Source of the DNA: Fidelibacterota bacterium
GTDB taxonomy: Bacteria; Fidelibacterota; UBA8477; JABMPR01
Length of the DNA stretch: 60,834 bases
Assembly (NCBI GenBank): GCA_034716895.1
Contig: JAYEKW010000114.1
Location: 18,470 to 79,303 of the forward strand
Direction of reading: 5' to 3'
Shown here: one piece after another, positions 56,246-60,834 of the stretch
Layout: every line of letters starts with the position of its first letter
Numbering within the stretch: the first letter of the stretch is position 1
Notes under the pieces: generated by a model
Database searches by the model: none
What the model saw: only the letters and a program-made list of their open reading frames with translations
Told to the model about the DNA's origin: nothing
Position numbers and translations under genes: made by a program

Positions 56246-59200
56246 GTGTCCGACTTTATACATCTTCATAATCATTCTCACTATTCACTACTGGATGGTG
56301 CCGCTCGAATTGACCAGATAATTGCAAAACTCTCCGAACTGGAGATGAAAAGTTTTGCGCTTACAGATCACGGCAACATGTTTGGCGCTGTTGAATTTTA
56401 CAAGGCTGCCACCAAAGCCAACATCAAGCCGATCATTGGAATGGAAGCTTATATTGCTCCCGGCCTCCACACTGAAAAGCGAACGCCCACAGAGGGAAAA
56501 CGAGCTTATCATCTTGTCCTTCTGGTAAAAAACAATACGGGCTATCGCAATCTCCTAAAACTAACGTCCATGGCCTATCTGGACGGGTTTTATTTTACAC
56601 CACGGGTTGATAAAGACCTACTGCGCAAATACTCAGAGGGTCTAATTGCCACCTCTGCCTGCCTCAGCGGTCAAGTCACCTACCACGCCAGTCGCGGCGA
56701 TTATGATAGGGCCAAAGAACAGGCTCTTGAATATGATGAGATTTTTGGCCGGGGTAATTATTTCCTTGAGTTGCAGAGACACTTTACCCTGGAAGGTCGA
56801 GAGATGGAGCGGGAAGCCATTGCCCGAGAAGTCATTCGCAAGATCTCCAAAGACACTGGTATTCCCCTGGTGGCCACCAATGATGCCCACTATGTGAGCG
56901 CCGACCATTATCAGGCCCATGATGCTTTGCTCTGTATTGGACACGGAAAATTTGTGAGCGACATCAAGCGTCTGAAATATGATACAAAGGATATCTATAT
57001 CAAAAGTTCCGATCAGATGGTGGAACTTTTCAAAGATGTCCCGGAAGCCATCGACAATACACGTCGTATCGATGAGATGTGCCAATTCAAGCTGGAAACC
57101 GGTGTAAACCATATGCCCGAGTTCCCCATTCCTGAGGGACTTTCACTCAACGATCATCTGGACAATCTGACCTGGGAAGGTATGGAGCGTCGGGTTAAAA
57201 CAATTGACTCAAAATATAAAGAGCGGCTGGAATATGAGCTGGGTGTTATCAAAAAGATGGGCTTCCCCGGCTACTTCCTGATCACCCATGATTTTGTACA
57301 TTACGCCAAGGAGCAACGGATACCTGTTGGACCTGGTCGTGGGTCTGCCGCTGGTAGTCTGGTTGCTTATTCTCTGGGTATCACTGACCTGGATCCCTTG
57401 CAATATGATCTACTGTTCGAGCGCTTTCTTAACCCGGACCGAATTAGCATGCCGGATATTGATATCGATTTTTGTTATGATCGCCGGGAAGAGGTCATTG
57501 ACTATATGCGTCGGCGTTTTGGGGAAGAATCAGTCACTCAGATCATCACCTTCAATAAGCTAAAAGCCCGGGCGGTGATTCGGGATGTGGGTCGGGTTTT
57601 AGAAATCCCCATCAAAGAAACCGATCGCATTGCCAAACTGGTTCCGGAAGAACTGGGAATTACACTATCCCAGGCGTTGAAGAAAAGTCCTGAACTAAAA
57701 CAAGCGTCAGAATTGGATGCAGTACACACCAAGCTGTTTGATCATTCATTGGTGCTGGAGGGCATGAATCGCAACGCTGGAAAACATGCTGCCGGTCTGG
57801 TTATCGCACCCGGTAAACTTACCGACTACATCCCGCTCTACAAATCAGCTAAAGATGGATCAGTGACCAGCCAGTATGACATGAAAGCCATTGAAGATGT
57901 CGGCCTGATAAAATTTGATTTTTTAGGACTTCGAACGCTCACGGTCATTCAAGAAGCAGTTGATCTGATCAAAAAGTTTCAGAATGTTAACATCGATATC
58001 GCCAACATTCCCATGGATGATGAGGCTGCATATAAACTCTTTGCCGATGGTCTCACTATTGGATTATTTCAATTTGAGTCGACTGGCATGCGAGAATACC
58101 TGAAAAAACTTAAGCCAACCGTTCTAGAAGATCTGATTGCCATGAACGCCTTGTATCGACCGGGACCCATGGGTAACATCAACACCTTTATCGCCCGTAA
58201 ACACGGTGAAGAGAACGTCACCTACCTGCATCCTTTGATGGAAACGATCCTGAAGGAGACCTACGGCATTATTGTTTATCAGGAACAGGTCATGCAATTG
58301 GGCTCTGTGATCGCTGGTTTTTCACTCTCCAAAGCAGATCTAATGCGTCGGGCCATGGGTAAAAAGATCAAGGCATTGATGGATGAGATGAAGGGTGAAT
58401 TCATCTCCGGTGCCAAACAGCATGATATCAATGAAAAGCTTTCCTCCAAAATCTGGGATTTGATCGAAAAATTTGCAGAGTATGGTTTTAACAAGAGTCA
58501 CTCGGCTGCCTATTCGGTCATTGCTTACCAAACCGCTTACTTAAAGACTCATTTTCCAGTAGAATTCATGGCCGCCAACCTGAGCTCTGAAAAGGATAAT
58601 ACGGATAAGATCCAGATGTTGCTGGCTGATTGTCGTAACCTGGGAATTACCGTCATCCCTCCTGATGTGAATGTAAGTAAGGTTCATTTTTCTCCCGGTG
58701 ATGGGAAAAGTATTATCTATGGTTTGAATTCCATTAAGAAGGTGGGGGCCAAAGCAGCTGAAGCAATCATGCTGGAGCGCCAGGATCACGGTCCCTTTAA
58801 AACGCTTTATGAGTTTTGCAGCCGGGTTGATTCACACAATATCAATAAGGGTGTGATTGAAGCTCTTGTGGGTAGTGGAGCCATGGATAACCTGCCTGGA
58901 GCTCGTTGGGAAAAATTTCTCAGTGTAGAAGATGCCGTTCAACATGGACAACGGGTTCAAACCCTGAAAAATACCAACCAAACCGATCTTTTCGGAGGTA
59001 GTGGTGAATCAGCCACGATCCGGGAACCTGAATTAAGCGAAGCGCCCTCCTGGAACAACATGGATCTGCTTAATCGGGAACGAGATTATATCGGGTTCTA
59101 CCTCACTGGTCATCCATTGAAAGGTTTCGAAACTGAGATCCAAGCGTTTTCCACTATGGATTTGGTTGATCTGACTGCCGTTCGGGACGAGCAGGAGGTG

Positions 59201-59689
59201 AGACTTGGTGGAATCATCTCTGCCATGAAGATCCACTACGACAAACGCAATAAGCAAATGGCTTTCTTTACCTTGAATGGCCTTGATGGTTCAGTGGATG
59301 CTCTCACTTTTTCGGCTACTTTTGAAAAATTTAAAGAGTATATCGCCAACGATGCATTGGTTTTCATGGAGGGCAAGGTATCCAAGCGTAGTGATGATGA
59401 TGTCAAAATCCTGGTCAATAAGGTCATTCCTCTGGTGGAGGCGCAGAACGAGTATGCTCGTGAAGTCCATATTGCCTTTGATCCAAATACGGTACGAAGT
59501 GATAATGTTGATGAAATGCATGCTCTGGCCCGTCGTTATTCCGGTGCCTGCAACCTGATCTTCCATTTGCAAGATGAAGAAAACCGGGAACGCCAGATGG
59601 TCGCTCGCAATATACGCGTTTCTGCTAATCGTAGCTTTATTCGTAACTTGCGTGAACTCTTTGGTGAAGGAAATGCCTGGCTGCGGTAA
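56246..59689 (+). CDS. dnaE: DNA polymerase III subunit alpha
   Basis: PHP N-terminus FIHLHNHSHYSLLDGA, PDIDIDF, and FNKSHSAAYS; 1147 aa. Confidence 0.95.
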   Translation: MSDFIHLHNHSHYSLLDGAARIDQIIAKLSELEMKSFALTDHGNMFGAVEFYKAATKANIKPIIGMEAYIAPGLHTEKRTPTEGKRAYHLVLLVKNNTGYRNLLKLTSMAYLDGFYFTPRVDKDLLRKYSEGLIATSACLSGQVTYHASRGDYDRAKEQALEYDEIFGRGNYFLELQRHFTLEGREMEREAIAREVIRKISKDTGIPLVATNDAHYVSADHYQAHDALLCIGHGKFVSDIKRLKYDTKDIYIKSSDQMVELFKDVPEAIDNTRRIDEMCQFKLETGVNHMPEFPIPEGLSLNDHLDNLTWEGMERRVKTIDSKYKERLEYELGVIKKMGFPGYFLITHDFVHYAKEQRIPVGPGRGSAAGSLVAYSLGITDLDPLQYDLLFERFLNPDRISMPDIDIDFCYDRREEVIDYMRRRFGEESVTQIITFNKLKARAVIRDVGRVLEIPIKETDRIAKLVPEELGITLSQALKKSPELKQASELDAVHTKLFDHSLVLEGMNRNAGKHAAGLVIAPGKLTDYIPLYKSAKDGSVTSQYDMKAIEDVGLIKFDFLGLRTLTVIQEAVDLIKKFQNVNIDIANIPMDDEAAYKLFADGLTIGLFQFESTGMREYLKKLKPTVLEDLIAMNALYRPGPMGNINTFIARKHGEENVTYLHPLMETILKETYGIIVYQEQVMQLGSVIAGFSLSKADLMRRAMGKKIKALMDEMKGEFISGAKQHDINEKLSSKIWDLIEKFAEYGFNKSHSAAYSVIAYQTAYLKTHFPVEFMAANLSSEKDNTDKIQMLLADCRNLGITVIPPDVNVSKVHFSPGDGKSIIYGLNSIKKVGAKAAEAIMLERQDHGPFKTLYEFCSRVDSHNINKGVIEALVGSGAMDNLPGARWEKFLSVEDAVQHGQRVQTLKNTNQTDLFGGSGESATIREPELSEAPSWNNMDLLNRERDYIGFYLTGHPLKGFETEIQAFSTMDLVDLTAVRDEQEVRLGGIISAMKIHYDKRNKQMAFFTLNGLDGSVDALTFSATFEKFKEYIANDALVFMEGKVSKRSDDDVKILVNKVIPLVEAQNEYAREVHIAFDPNTVRSDNVDEMHALARRYSGACNLIFHLQDEENRERQMVARNIRVSANRSFIRNLRELFGEGNAWLR

Positions 59690-59697
59690 CCTTTTTC

Positions 59698-59726
59698 AAC
59701 CGCGAATTACGCTAATTGCACGAAGG
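59698..59726 (+). repeat. Word repeat AACCGCGAATTACGCTAATTGCACGAAGG, 8 nt after the dnaE stop
   Basis: Shares AACCRCGAATTACGC with the site at 23763-23786. Confidence 0.8.
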
Positions 59727-59999
59727 AGCTGGGTGACTGGCCTCTTTTTATATATTGAGGGCTGAGGAGGTTTTTCTATTGCTATTGAAAGTCCTTGTCA
59801 CAAGTGGTCCCCGACAACTGTTTACTTTCAGACTTTTGAGCTTCACACCTTTGACTTAGGTATTCTCTATAGAACTTGGGTAATCAATGCCTTGTCTTTA
59901 CTCCGTTAAAAGAACTCGATATAGCATTGGGGTCGTGTAAAAAAATACAGTCTTTACCCTAAACATAAGCCAGCCACTCCACTTATAATTTCCAACTTT

Positions 60000-60132
60000 G
60001 ACGCCCTCGCAAAAAGTCCCCCTCGCAGCGCGCAGAGCGTTGTATTGAGTTCATCGAAATGACGCGGAGTGTTAATATATATGGATTTAGGGTACATTTT
60101 ATGAATTCCCAGATACTTTTTGCGGTTTCGTC
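60000..60132 (-). mobile_element. MITE-like non-autonomous element, copy 3 (inverted relative to copies 1 and 2)
   Basis: The plus strand reads GACGCCCTCGCAAAAAG...CTTTTTGCGGTTTCGTC. Flanked by the 6-bp direct repeat AACTTT (59994-59999 and 60133-60138). Confidence 0.75.
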
Positions 60133-60328
60133 AACTTTTAACTAAAGGTTTTTCCTGAAAATTCCAGGCTACGAGCTACGACCCGGCAGGCGGGGAGGAC
60201 CCTTCTGGTCGAAGGTACAAAGTCTAAGATCTCAAGTCTTGGAACCCAACTCAGGTCGAAAGGTAATAACCTGTCTCAATTCAATAAACTCAGTCTTACT
60301 TGTCACGGCATAGCTCCTTAGGAGCGAC

Positions 60329-60834
60329 GACGGAATCCCCTAAGAATTCGGGGAGGTTTGGCTGAGCGTCGTCCCTCTGGACTCCCTCGCCTTCCTGCGC
60401 TACGCTACGGATCAGACAGCTTCTGCCTGTAGCTGAGTTCTCTCGCTTTCCTGACTTTCAACTTTTGACCATTTGAGATCCCCTAATAATTCGGGGAGGT
60501 TTCAGACGTAGTGTCAGTGGCCGGCACGCTTGAGGATGTAGTAGTCTTAATCCCCTAATAATTCGGGGAGGTTTCAGACTGCTTGGCTCCAAGAGATTGC
60601 CACGCGGGAACGCCTAGTCTTAATCCCCTAATAATTCGGGGAGGTTTCAGACTTGTACACCAGATGCTGTGAAAGTGAACAAAAAGTTCAAGGGTCTTAA
60701 TCCCCTAATAATTCGGGGAGGTTTCAGACACATCAGCGTGTGTATGAGTAGCGTTGGTGAAGTTTCGTCTTAATCCCCTAATAATTCGGGGAGGTTTCAG
60801 ACATCAATCCAGCATACACTTATGAATCAGAACC
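60329..60834. CRISPR. CRISPR array with 36-bp repeats, truncated by the window end; no cas genes in the window
   Basis: The repeat GTCTTAATCCCCTAATAATTCGGGGAGGTTTCAGAC starts at 60472 (31/36 match), 60544, 60617, 60694 and 60767. Spacers are 36, 37, 41 and 37 nt, plus a 32-nt partial spacer. A degenerate repeat (27/36) lies at 60329-60364. Confidence 0.9.

Noticed and set aside
60236-60328. Two further candidate decayed CRISPR repeats starting GTCTT (60236-60271 and 60293-60328), and one ending TCAGAC (60382-60417)
   Set aside because: Identity to the repeat consensus is only about 40-50 percent, and the spacing (57, 36, 53 and 90 nt) does not fit the 72-77-nt unit length. I cannot distinguish them from chance.

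Overview
This is a 60.8-kb chromosomal window from what looks like an uncultivated bacterium. A ~285-aa primary sigma factor, a T9SS/FlgD-type C-terminal sorting domain and dockerin-like tails hint at an FCB-superphylum-like lineage, but that is inference only. All protein names come from motifs I recognise by eye; no database search was possible.

I call about 52 protein genes, and most are housekeeping. A 17-kb run of minus-strand genes covers tal-side metabolism, the crcB cluster, rplI-rpsR-rpsF-hppA-pth-rplY-prs, tRNA-Gln(UUG), ispE, dedA, ispF, queA, ruvB and uvrA. Beyond it lie add, an ABC-2 exporter pair, a sodium:solute symporter, aroQ, a GH3 enzyme, a penicillin-acylase-family protein, rpoD-rpsU, an M61 peptidase, prmC, a UbiA prenyltransferase and dnaE. 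I saw no obvious defence island, prophage or cas genes.

The unusual content is mostly non-coding:
- A three-copy MITE-like element has terminal inverted repeats and perfect 6-bp target duplications. Two copies bracket aroQ and one sits next to the CRISPR trailer.
- A 373-bp nested inverted-repeat cassette lies directly upstream of a 1600-aa secreted multidomain protein. It could be an inverton or a structured leader.
- Perfect heptanucleotide tandem arrays occur at gene boundaries.
- A family of 9-10-nt word repeats (CACRRAWT-like) fills many intergenic regions, often right after stop codons.
- A tandem 46/47-bp repeat lies upstream of rpoD.
- An orphan CRISPR array with 36-bp repeats runs off the right edge and decays toward dnaE.

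No complete new multi-gene system can be demonstrated from the sequence alone. The candidates above are ranked in the findings.
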